The notes beneath the pieces were generated by a model. The model searched no databases and was not told the DNA's origin. It worked only from the letters and a program-made list of their open reading frames with translations. From assembly GCA_004022145.1 (NCBI GenBank), contig RCNU01000005.1: a DNA stretch of 64,000 nt; one strand, 5' to 3'. The position numbers and the translations under genes are program-made. Origin of the DNA: Paecilomyces variotii (lineage: Eukaryota). Positions 1-11,216 of this stretch are shown here, piece by piece (the stretch's first letter is position 1; every line of letters begins with the position of its first letter).

Positions 1-849
1 GAAAGGAATCCAAAACTTCTTAACCACTTGCCCACTGGTTTTACTGCTACTGCCACAGTTCAAATCGCGGGCAGGGGTCGAGGTTCAAATGTCTGGGTCT
101 CGCCAGCCGGAGCACTCATATTCTCTACAGTGATACGTCACCCAATAGAGAAGGTTCAGTCAGCACCAATCGTTCTCATCCAGTATCTGGCAGCTATGGC
201 TGTGGTAAAAGGAATCAAGAGCTATGATAAGGGTTATGAAGATATGCCAGTTAAGCTAAAATGGCCCAACGACATCTGTAAGCCTTTTCCTTATATTTAT
301 CTACATTCTCCGTTGCTTGTATTCTAATGATTCCTCCCTTCATCAGATGCTCTAGACCCGGAGCGTGCAGACGAAAAACGCTACACGAAGATCTGCGGTA
401 TTCTTGTCAACTCCCACTACACTTCTAAAGAGTACATTGCCGTCGTGGGTATCGGCCTGAACGCAACCAACGCGTCACCGACCACCTCGCTGAATGCTGT
501 GGTGGATCACTTCTTGAAGAGTCGGAAAGCGGAACCTATCACTCTAGAGAAACTTCTTGCTCGCATCCTCACTGTGTTCGAAGAGCTCTACGCCCGCTTC
601 CTGCGCGTGGGCTTCGACAAGACGTTTGAAGATATGTATTACAGTGATTGGTTGCACATGAATCAGATCGTGACGCTTGAGGAAGAAGGTGGCGCTCGAG
701 CCCGGATCAAGGGAATTACAAGGGATTATGGATTGTTGCTCGCAGAGGAGCTTGGTTGGCAGGACCGGCCCACGGGAAGGGTGTGGCAGTTGCAGAGCGA
801 CAGTAACAGCTTTGATTTCTTCAGAGGGTTGGTCAAAAGGAAGGTCTGA
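1..849 (+). CDS. BPL1: Biotin--protein ligase (holocarboxylase synthetase), 3' part; gene begins upstream of the window
   Basis: Frame open from base 1. BPL/BirA motifs QIAGRGRGSNVWVSP, KLKWPND and KICGILVNS. Intron 278-346 (GTAAGC...CTAAT...CATCAG) joins the two ORFs. C-terminal LQSDSNSFDFFRGLV, stop at 847-849. Confidence 0.93.
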
Positions 850-1286
850 GCTTCTTCCTCAATCTAAGCTTCAATATCTGGTATATAGTTACACATATAT
901 ATCTTGAAGGGGATACGTGGGTACCTTAGTGTCCGAACTACAAGGACAAGCTGTAATTGTCTCTCTATCATACGTAGTTCCGCAGTGATTTCTTGACTTT
1001 GAGAGAATAATATGTCGATGGCGGTTGCCTATTTAACCGACTCCTTTTGCTTTACGGAATTCTCCGCTCATGTACCTTTCCTAAGGAAACTGGCCTTCGC
1101 TGTTGCCCGGTGTTTCTGACGTAAACTACCAGCTAATACATGGTAACAGAACTGACCGACACTAGAAAAAGGCGGGTTTTGTAGAGTTTAGGCTCCAAGA
1201 TCAGATCGTTTCCAACGAGTTCAACTGGGTATTTCTGTACATTCCCTTCAAACGTCAGATTCTTGATTCCTACTTCTATCTGTAAT

Positions 1287-1823
1287 ATGTCTTCTGCCTC
1301 CGCTCACGGGCCAACTAGGACCCCGATTACCGCGGATGACAGCATCGAGAATCTCCAGTCAAATAAACTCCTCTGGTACAAGATCCACGTCTTTCTTTAT
1401 GACCTGCGACATTTCCAAGAGGAAGCTTCTCAAGCACGTCTCGACAGTGTCATAGATAGCTCATATCTCTGTTCGCCGTATTTCACCTCAGAGGAGGTGA
1501 CTCAACTAAAAGCGACGAAACTCCAAGATACGAAGTCTCTCGGTGCTCTTATTGAAGAAACTCTTAACGAACGGTTGGAACGTCGGGTGAAAAGACAAAT
1601 CGGAAGTGGTGATTTTCGTGTCTGCGCCGCCCATGATCTTGCACCTATATTCGAGAGAGCGTTTCACATAAAGCCGAAAGACCTCGAACGTGATCGTATC
1701 CTGCTAGACTTGATAAAACAATCTGGATTGACACCAAATGAGGAAGAATTAAAATTGTGGCAGGAAGTGAATAAGAAGCGCAATAAACATGCTCGTGGAA
1801 TTGGCAAAAAGAAGAAGACGTAA
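1287..1823 (+). CDS. Hypothetical protein (178 aa) with a CAAHDLAPIF motif and a basic C-terminus
   Basis: Single open frame from ATG 1287 to TAA 1823. The motif recurs, with only synonymous differences, in a neighbouring decayed copy, which supports coding status. Confidence 0.7.
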   Translation: MSSASAHGPTRTPITADDSIENLQSNKLLWYKIHVFLYDLRHFQEEASQARLDSVIDSSYLCSPYFTSEEVTQLKATKLQDTKSLGALIEETLNERLERRVKRQIGSGDFRVCAAHDLAPIFERAFHIKPKDLERDRILLDLIKQSGLTPNEEELKLWQEVNKKRNKHARGIGKKKKT

Positions 1824-2369
1824 CCGAAGGCGACCAGCCTGCGAAATGGGAAGAAGACAATTTACTTCCATGGGTTGGCCAGTATTCCACTTTGTTAAAG
1901 TATAACTTCTCATTCAATGGCTCATTCACGGCAGGGCTTCCCCCTCATTCACAAAGGTCTGGAGAATCTAAAAGTCGTCGATTCACATCTCTTATTTCAT
2001 TAATCATATCCACCAGTATTCTTCATCCCCACCAAATTAGACTTATAAGACAATATTCTATAGGGTTCAGAAGGCGAATCTGAACAGCTATGGTAGTTCA
2101 TTTATGAGACCACAGAAGATCCCAAGTATGCTCAGGAGAGAAAATATTTCTCTCTGAAATGCAGGCAGATAATCCCAGATTTTCCGACATTCTCGGCCTC
2201 CTAGACCTGAAAGGAAAGCCTGGAACTACCTAGCTGATTGCCAGATTGCTTGATTTGCTTGCTTGACGCTAGTTCTAGGGAGGGTTTGAACCCATATTTA
2301 TCTCTTATAGCATACAAAGAATCTAGATCCTAGTGATCTAGTAGGATCTATTCTATAATTATAATATCA

Positions 2370-3135
2370 AGAAACCTACTACAAACGGACGATTGACAGA
2401 TCACATGGACATACACTTTGTGCACCGACAGATCCTCTCATACGAACAGAGAAAGTCATCATCGATTTTGGAGGTGGTAAGCGCGAAGCTTTCTCCAAAG
2501 GCTACTTGATTGGTATGAAGACCCTTACAATCAGTCCTCATTTGATATTGTACGTTGCTAACTCGTCTGTTCCAGAAGGGTATATCGAAAGTAAGGCTTC
2601 CAACGAGAGGAGCCTTACAGGGATTATAGTCGAGGCCCTCACAAAGAACAAAAGGCCCATCCAGTTCGTCTTGTCAAAAGACGTTTGGACTTGGGCCCTT
2701 CACAGGGGACCTTATCAAAAGGAGTTTCTAGAGATATGGGAACCGGGGGCAAGTCGAAGCGAGGCGATCTTCAGCACTAGATCCGTTAGATTCTCCTTTT
2801 TGGTCAACTGGCAAAAGCCGTCGAGATCTATCTTAACCGTCGATTCTTTCCGCAACACGCGACGGTTTTTATGAGAGATCTTCATCGAGAAGCTCAGCGG
2901 CGTCTCAATGCCACCGAACACAAATTTTACTTGGGCCTCCCATACCTTGCTCCAGATATAGTCGGGCTTACGTGACCTGGTCCAACGCAAGATGGAGAGG
3001 GAGGAAAGGATTGAAATCTGTGCTGCCCATGACCTAGCGCCTATATTCGGAAAGAGTCAGCTCGGTACGGTAACTAAGGGCCTGATGAAGAAGGCTTCAT
3101 TTTGGAAGAAACGTGAAGGTGGCGAGAACGCTTAG
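2370..3135 (+). pseudogene. Frameshifted paralog of the 1287-1823 hypothetical gene
   Basis: VFMRDLHREAQRRLNATEHKFYLGLPYL (from 2865) aligns with VFLYDLRHFQEEASQARLDSVIDSSYLCSPYF. TGA at 2973-2975, then a different frame gives IEICAAHDLAPIFG (Cys codon at 3019). Intron-like segment 2513-2575 (GTATGA...GCTAAC...TTCCAG). 5' boundary uncertain. Confidence 0.7.
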
Positions 3136-4979
3136 GGTTTCCTATCCCATCATCTCAATGACTTCCTTTTTTACGGACACCAAAGACTTAACATGAAGCG
3201 AGATTCCAGCCGATGTCATCTCTTCCAACGATAGTTCTGTGGTAGCTTTATATATAGGCATTAGTTACAGGAGCAGAGAAGAAGAATTAATAAAAACATC
3301 GAAAAGTGCGTATGCTCATAGAGTCTATGCAAGGTTCTGTCTTACAAGAGGATACTGCGATCCCTGCTGCATACCTAATGTCCTGGGATATGATATGCAC
3401 TGATGACATAGTGATACGCCGGAATGATATTACGAGATCGTTCTACGGACATCATGAAGTGCTCAGGCAGTAAGTCAGTATTGTCCTTCCACGTACTTGG
3501 TGTCGACAGAGTGAAGTAAAATGGCGGACACACTGGTAGTAAGATTTTTATCATGTGCAATGCTGTACCTTCTCAACCTCTTCGATCTCTTTACCCAGGT
3601 CTATTCTGTCGCTGAAAACATATATCAAGGGATATTGCGTGACTGTGGAATAGATTCATCCAAGATGCGTCGATGATATATGGTTACTTAATTGCAAGAA
3701 TCGAAGGAGACAACTCTGCAAAACTGTACAGAATCAGACCAGAGGACCTGAAGTACTAGTTCTGGTCAAACAATCCAGACTGGAGCCAGAGAAAGAGTAG
3801 CTGAAAATTTTGATCAGAATATTGGGTGGACATGAGACATTTCCTATGTGTGGAATGAGACAGTAGAAGAAAAACACATCATCGGGATTTTGCAACTCTC
3901 ATATCTATATGAGTGATGGTTCTTCAGAAATCTTGACGCGAAAACGAGCATTTCTGTTATGGTTGGAAAAAGCCCTGCATCTCTAGTCGCCGAATATATA
4001 TATATACCGTGACCTCTTAGCAATGATGCATAACTGACTGGCAAGCAGATACAATATAACTCTTCGAAGGAATAATAATATTACCAGAAGCTTACGATCA
4101 TAAGGAGATTATTCCCTGATACAATCACCTTAAGTGAGGCGCGGCTTAATGTATTACCCTGCACTTGCACTGTCGGAGGCCGCCTGGGTTGCATGATCTC
4201 CAAGAACCAAAAACATAATATCGGAATGAAATGGCAACTTTGAAAATAGGAAAGCTTATGCTTTCACTCGAGCTGAGAAATGTCTGGCATGTTTGATTTC
4301 ATGTCTTTTGTCCGCACCAAGACCTTCCCGATAACGACATGTAAGTAGCCCCCCGCCACTTCAGGTATCAATGACGCCTCGGCGCGGATGTCGACCATCG
4401 ACATCCCTCCACATCACCAAGGACGTGGCACGCGGGGCTACCTTTTTTTTTTTTCTCGAAGGCTTAAGGGGTTCAGATGGTGTTCCATTTTATGCTTTCA
4501 GTACCTCCAGGCACTATTTTCGCTAGAATTTGCTTGCGGCGTTTGCCGAGCTGGAGCTGTGCTTGCTGCTTGCTTTACCTACTTATCCGTCATACCACCT
4601 CCAAACCCCAACAGCTCCCGCCCCAACAGGTTTCTTGCGGCCTGATCATCGTCGCTGTCCGTGGATAATGTCAGGTGGTCTTGTGAGAAGCCGGTATTTT
4701 ACTTTCTATCATTTGTGTCCCTGGTGAGGTCGTACAAACAGACCTTGATCTGGACTATTGGAAGATTGGCGTCACCGGCTCCATTTTCTCCATACTTTGC
4801 CGTTCTGTCACAGCACGTGCGTATATATCTCTCCTCCAGCTCCTCTGCACTTGCGGTGCTTGGTCCTTTTCCTTGCTTGTTTATTCTGTGCACCGGCGTC
4901 TACGTCCCATACTGAATATTGAAAGAGAGATTCCCTTAACTCTCCTGTCGTTCAGAAATTTGGTTTCCTGGGAGCAAAG

Positions 4980-6009
4980 ATGTGCATCGCGCTTATATCA
5001 ACTGCGCACCCCGATTACCCTCTTATTATCATCAATAATCGAGATGTATGCAAAGACCCATATACTCCATTGTACCGTAAGAGAGACATTTGCTGACCGT
5101 CTGCAGGAATTTCTGCGCCGACCAACTTCTACTGTAGATTGGTGGCCAGAGCCGGCATCTCACGTTCTCGGCTCACGAGACCTGGCTCGTCCCGCTCAGG
5201 GAACGTGGATGGGCGTCACCAAGCACGGCCACATTGCTGTGCTCACAAATTATCGCGAAGACATCCCCGCAGATGCCGTGGGCACGTGTAGTCGAGGCCT
5301 CATCGTCAGGAATTGGCTCACTCTGCCGCCTGATCAGAGGCACTGCACACAGAAGTTCGTCGAGGATATGATCACGAGCAGTGCAGCCAGGAATGTGGGC
5401 GGTTTCAGTCTTGTGTGTGGAAAGATCCACGAACCACTGGCGATTATGTCAAATCGCGTCTCGCATGTTGATGGGATCACCTGGGTGGCCAAGCAACAGG
5501 GCGAGACAGTCGGTCTGAGCAATACATCATTCGATGACCGGTCGTGGAAAAAGATCTTGCTGGGAGAAAAACTGATGAAAGAGGCCATCGAGGAGCATGC
5601 GAAGGCCCAAGAAGGTGAAGAAGAGCTCATTCAGAGATTGTTGCATGTCCTCAGCACAGATACGCTGCCGCGATTGAAAGAAGGCGCCAGCCTGGAAACC
5701 TATATCCCTCTTCTACGTGAGAGCATTTTCGTCCCTGTCATTGGTGCCCAGAACGAAGAGAACAGAGCTGCAGACGAAGTCGCAGCTGGAGATGTCCCGG
5801 ACAAGGTCACAGTCGCGGCCAACGGCAGTACTCCACCTGAGCAACAATGCTACATGACTGGGTTGTACGGTACACAAAAGCAAACAGTTGTCTTGGTCGA
5901 CAAGAATCGCCGAGTCAAGTACTTTGAACGTACTCTATATGACAACAACGCGAAACCGATTCCCGTCGGGAAAGGGGATAGGAGCTTTGAATTCGTTGTC
6001 GAGAAATAG
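4980..6009 (+). CDS. TANGO2 / NRDE (DUF833) family protein
   Basis: Exon 1 (4980-5045) MCIALISTAHPDYPLIIINNRD plus exon 2 (5107-6009) EFLRRPT rebuilds the NRDE motif across intron 5046-5106. Also GTWMG, LTNYRE, SRG and YGTQKQTVVLVD. Confidence 0.92.
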
Positions 6010-7007
6010 ACAGCAGGTTTTCTCCAGAAAGTACGGACCAGAGAACTACGTTTAACAGAGAAAGCCAGTCGCTATCGCCGCTCTCCCAGAACATGCTTCT
6101 TGACACCCTGGAATGAGCGAAGCTAAAAATTTCCCTATGACATGAGAACTCGCTGTCGAAGATAATCCCGTTGTTCTGAAACGGCCCACAGTTAAGTCCT
6201 ACGAGTCCGTTGTACATACATTGTTCCCAGGGTGGAGGCTTTTATGTCTGTACATAGGTAGCATTCATGATTCCGAAAGCGGCATTGTTAGTTTTGCTGA
6301 GGGGACGAGGCATCGTTATCATTGTCACTACATGGGTTGACCAGTGTATTTTTGTTATGATCAATGAAAGATGGCAGAAGAAGAGATAAAATCCCAGATA
6401 TCTCCATTTGAAAATGAAACAAATAAATAGTAATGCGAAGAACGATTAAATAGAGAAAAACCAACGTACCATGGCATCTACTACAAATATAGAACAGGGC
6501 CAAGAACTCCAGAAATAGGAGCAAACCATGACCCTGTTGACGATCCGAATAAGAACAATCATGACTACTGGCAGTAGTAAGCAATAATTCAAACCGCCTT
6601 GTACTGTTTTGGAATCCGTCGGTTTCAAGATGACGTAACTGGACAGGAAAACCCCTGATGGATTCCGATTGCCGCAAGCGGTGGATATCATATCTCCATC
6701 GCACTTCATCTTCAAAGGAGAGCAATCCTCGAAATTTATTATTTCCCTGGACTGCCTTGCCGGACACTCTTGGTTTCTTTCGATGTTGGGAGATCCTCAT
6801 CCGGCTGGCTGCTAGGTACCTAACAATACCTAACCTAACCTAACTAACGCATCACTCAAGGTCGCGTGAAAGCCGCCCGCCCCGCATTCCATTTCTGATA
6901 AGAACTTATCGGCCCCTCCTCCATCTGAGACTGTCCCTATAAGCCTCTTGCGCCCTTGTGGGAGCCATTTCAGAGATTAGAAATATTTCTTTCTGGATCT
7001 ACTCACT

Positions 7008-8249
7008 ATGTTCGGGATAGTTGCGGACTTTCTATCGTAAGTGAGCTCTTGTCCAGCTGTTCCGGCTGTTGCGGGTGCTCCGATTTCAATGGAGCCTTGA
7101 GATTCTCCTTGACCATAAATTCCCTATGAAATGCTCTCAGCTGAGATACTGACGGTTCTTGTCCTCTCGCAGGTCCGTTATCAGTATTTTGTTCCCTGCC
7201 TTTGCTTCATACAAGGCCATTCGCACAGCGGATCCCAGGCAGCTGGCACCATGGCTGATGTACTGGGTTGTGCTGACTGGGGTTCTGCTCGCTGAGTCTT
7301 GGACGGTTTTTATCATCGGATGGTATATATCTCCTTGCGACTGGAATGGAATTATTCTGTACTCTGCGGAACGATGGCTGATACGATCTCGTTTCTATTT
7401 TCCAGGTTCCCGTTCTACAGTTGGATCCGTTTAGGATTTATGGCCTACCTCGTTCTTCCTCAGACACAAGGAGCTCGCGTTTTATACCAAGAATACGTTG
7501 AGCCATTTTTGGAGCACCATGAGCGTGAGATCGATGAGTTTATAGGTCGCTCTCATGAGCGTGCCAAAGCAGCCGGACTGCAATATTTCTACCAGCTCGT
7601 TGACCTGGTCCGGGAGAAGATTCTCGGCCTCCCCCCTCAGCAACGAGCAGCCAACGTCGCTCCCCCCCCTCCTCCTGGTGCTGCAGGCTACGCTCAATCG
7701 CTCATCTCTCGCTTCAACCTCCCCGCAGTGGCGGCCAGCAGCCTGTCGGCGCCTGCAACCGATTTATACTCTGTTCTGAGCTCAGCCGTCGCGACTGTCA
7801 CCTCTACCGGAAAGAGCCGGGATGTGCAAGTCGAGGAACTGAGCGCCAGCGGGACTCTCCTGCCGCGAGAGGTCGCTTCGCTGTCGCCTGCAGAGAAGGC
7901 CAAGTTCATCGCGACGCAGCGAGAACGACTGGACGTGCTCCGTACAGCTCTAGCACGAGAGGAGAAGAACCTGGGGAATGACAACCTAGCCGAACCAGAC
8001 GAGGACCTTGCGTACGGCTCTGCTGCGGGCCTGCGGAAGAACCTCAGCAGCAATTCGTTCGATCATATTTCGCGGGACGATCTCAGTGTTTCGAATGGCA
8101 CGCGGGATCCTTCCCGGAGTCGTTCTCGCTCTCCTGCCGCGAGAGAAAGGACGCCCAGTGGTGGCTGGACGACGGGATGGTTTAACGGGGTATATCGAAC
8201 GACATCTGGTGAATCTCCTGCGGCGAAGTCTTCGGGTGTGGATAGGTAG
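7008..8249 (+). CDS. TB2/DP1/HVA22 (Yop1/REEP-like) ER membrane protein
   Basis: Exons 7008-7036, 7173-7322 and 7406-8249 with canonical GT-AG introns. Motifs LFPAFASYKAI, WLMYWVV, WFPFYSWIR and LPQTQGARVLY. Confidence 0.9.
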
Positions 8250-9160
8250 ATAGATCGCCTGTATCAGTGACACGGAGTGAACTTCAGAGACATTTTTCTT
8301 TTCTTTCGCCTTTTCTAATTCCTTATCTTTGTTGTATACACTTCTTCCCTAGAAATAGGGATAAAAAAAAAAGGCTGTAGTTAGCTTTCTAGAGAATCCA
8401 AGCTTTTGTTCGATGGGTGGCATTGATAGAATATCAACAATAATGGAGATATGAAGCAGTTCCTGAAGAAGAAGTGTTCAGATAGTTTCATCCGCATCCT
8501 ACACACAATCAATACTACCTAGTAGTACTATATCAAGATGCCCCATCTTCCTCCGGGGTATATCCTGCCAACATACAAACATAGACCTTTCAAGGTAGCT
8601 AAACATCAAAAAAAGGATATATCCTAGGTGCCTTCCACGCGTATCAATATATATTATTATAGGAATCAATATACTTTAGTACTATGTACAGTACCTTAAC
8701 TTGCCCCATAGTGGGGGACATGAGTAGTTATCCCTTGCTTCTGTAAGCTGTAACCTTTAAAGTAACTAAGTACTACTTACTGTACATACATACATCTAGA
8801 CTGCCCCAGATATTCCAGTTCCTGATCTAGTCTGCCATAGACATGGATGCGAATATCCGTATGGTTACTTCTTCGCTTGTTGGCTGCAAGTATTTCTGTT
8901 TCCAGTGATGTCACGAATATCCCACATCGGAAAAAAAAAAAAAAAAGAGTCGGTTTTGGTTCCTCGAAGCATTTTTGATGCTGGGGGATTGGTTGGTGGC
9001 GGGAATGCGTCACGATGCGTGCAGGGACCCGCTGAAAAGGATGTTCCCGACCGGGTGGAAATTGCTTTTTGTTTTGTTGAACCAGTTGGTTTTATATGGG
9101 ACAGGATTAAGAGTAAGTAAGTAAGTAAGTAGAATGTTTTTGCTTGTTCGTGGTCAATCT

Positions 9161-9269
9161 CCATGGAAGACTGGTTCTCAACGAGTATGAGTATGCAGCT
9201 ACCTATGCTGAGATAAGTAGTGCCGCATACTAGTTAACTGAGTATGCTACGCGTAGACTGCTTCCATAG
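9161..9269 (-). ncRNA. Candidate structured RNA element (nested stem-loops)
   Basis: Minus-strand stems CUAUGGAAG/CUUCCAUGG, AGUAUGC/GCAUACU and UACUUAU/AUAGGUA. Two positions that are C-A mismatches on the plus strand become U-G pairs on the minus strand. Confidence 0.35.
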
Positions 9270-9784
9270 GTACGAGGCAGAAGATTCTCCTGGACATTAT
9301 GGTACAAGCACTGTTACCGATGTATTTCCGTCGCCAGGCAGGGTTTCGTCATCGAAGCGTATCTACTCTACTGTTGCAGCTGTTGCAGCTGTTGCCCCGG
9401 GGAGAAGAAGAATATCCTCACGATCGGAGTCCCGGCAGGTCTGCTCGGGACGGTCATGCGATTGCTGGCTTTGAGTTAGTTCGAACACGGTCGTGTTTGG
9501 CGCACGGGCAGCGTCGCGGCTCGACAATGCTCGAAGGGCAGTACGTAGTGGACTCCGATGGGAATGGGCCATCGCAGGTTTTTTGTCGATCTGCTTGTTG
9601 TTACCCATAGATAAGTAGTCTAAGCTCGAAATAAATTCCTCTTATCTTTTCCTTGTTCTGATCAGATCTGAATTCTTTTTCGACTTGGTTGTTTCTTTGT
9701 TCTGCTGCTTTCTTCCCAGGAACAAGAAGAATAATAATAAAATAATCGCGACACGTTTTAAAAGTCTCTGAAAGAAAAAGAAGA

Positions 9785-10071
9785 AGATGTTTAGGTCTCC
9801 ACAGCGGATCCTTGGTTCGCGGCCAAAAATAATCGATGGCTTTCGGAGGACTCCGCAAACACGCGCCCAGATCGTGATGCTAGTAGAGTAACTGTCCTAA
9901 ACCCGTTTCTCTCGCCGGTTGGACAAACCCCCGGATATCGTCGCAGAATGACCATGGGTTTTTGCGAAGTCGGGCTGGAATTATTTTGCAGAAAAGAAAC
10001 GGCCGAGAGATTCAACCTAGCACTAAGTAACTACTGCCCAATAGTTTAATAATAGGTTGAACGTTGTGGCT
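9785..10071 (-). ncRNA. Candidate box H/ACA-type small RNA (~290 nt)
   Basis: Three consecutive hairpins: 10011-10019/10063-10071, 9903-9910/9995-10002 and 9791-9795/9896-9900. ANANNA (AGAGAA) lies before the last hairpin, and ACA-UCU follows it directly (plus-strand TGT at 9788-9790). No convincing ORF. Confidence 0.45.
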
Positions 10072-11216
10072 GTGGGTGGGTGAAGTTGTCTTCTGCATGG
10101 GTAATAATAATATCAACAAAATCGCTAGTAGTAGTTCGATATCGCATTCAGGACCTCGAGTATCAGAGATGCGATGGCAAAAAAAAAAGAACTGAGTGGC
10201 AAAAGGCACAGTCGAAGGGGCAGCGGTTTGTTCGTCGGGTTGCTGACGGCAGTTCCGAAGAAGACAAGAGCAAGGCGTGGTAAGACAATGCAGCGTAGAG
10301 TAATGACCAGCTCAGTGGCTCTGCTGCGTCAGACAAACCAGGCAAGAATGCAGGAATCGAGCTGAGAGAGAGAGCTGGTCTGCCTGCGGATATGAGGGTT
10401 ATGGTACCAGGGTAGCCTCAACGGAGATAGATTCGATAGATTCGATAGATGGTTTAGTTAGCCACCAGCAGGATGGTTAGAGAGGATAGATAGAGTAGAG
10501 AATCAGAGCTGTCGTTCAAGTATTATTATTTTGCCAACACCACCATACCAATATACCAATATACCAGACAGCCAGACGGGCGCATTATTCGCATCCCTTC
10601 TCTCTCTCTCTAAGTAAGCGGCTGCCCGTCCAAGCCCGAATTTCCCAACTACTTGCTGCCACCCTCAAACCCTTCCCTCTTCTTTCTTCTCTTTTTTTTC
10701 TTCCTTTCTGCTTCCCCCAATTTCATCCCCCAATTTACCAGCGGATCCTCTTCTGTCATCGAAGCAGGACGATCGCGGATACAGCAGTTGGTCTGTATCA
10801 TATCTGTGTGTGGTTTCTTTTTTGGATTCTGTCACTTGTCGTGGTGAGGGATTCACAGCCACTCCTTTGGCGAGCGAAGTGCCTGTTTTGGCGCTCCGAC
10901 GAGAGTCCACAATTTTTTTCTTCCTTTTGGGAACTTCGTTTTTCTTCACCCACCAAACCCTCTCAACCTCCCCGTTGACCTCCCACCACCACCACTCGAG
11001 TTTGTGGTGATTACCCCCTGGAGGTCGTATTATTTCCATTTCCCCGTCGAGTTGCATCTCGCTGTGGTTCGTTTTGGTTCCCCGATCCCGTTTTGTCAAA
11101 CTGGATCCTGGAACGTGTGAACCCCCATCGCTTCTTTTTTTTTTCGCGACCTGACATCACAACCCATCATCCAACCTACCACTCACCGTTGAAGTGATCG
11201 CAACACCACCTGTCTA

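Noticed and set aside
2270..2300. tRNA T-loop-like GGGTTCAAACCC on the minus strand
   Set aside because: T-stem incomplete; no D-arm, anticodon arm or acceptor stem.
3360..4050. Coding-like fragments possibly from another decayed gene
   Set aside because: Could not be matched to any family by eye; all frames are broken.
6095..6135. Sm-site-like AAUUUUUAG plus hairpin on the minus strand
   Set aside because: The upstream sequence resembles none of U1/U2/U4/U5, and it lies antisense to the TANGO2 3' UTR.
6288..6800. 170-aa minus-strand ORF between TANGO2 and the HVA22 gene
   Set aside because: No recognisable motif; composition looks intergenic.
9113..9130. GTAAGT runs resembling stacked splice donors
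   Set aside because: A simple (GTAA)n microsatellite with no associated exon.
10388..10405. Possible telomerase RNA template (minus strand AUAACCCUCA) near the structured region
   Set aside because: It does not give the ~1.5 repeats (UAACCCUAA) needed for TTAGGG, and I could not identify a pseudoknot or a P6/P6.1 element.
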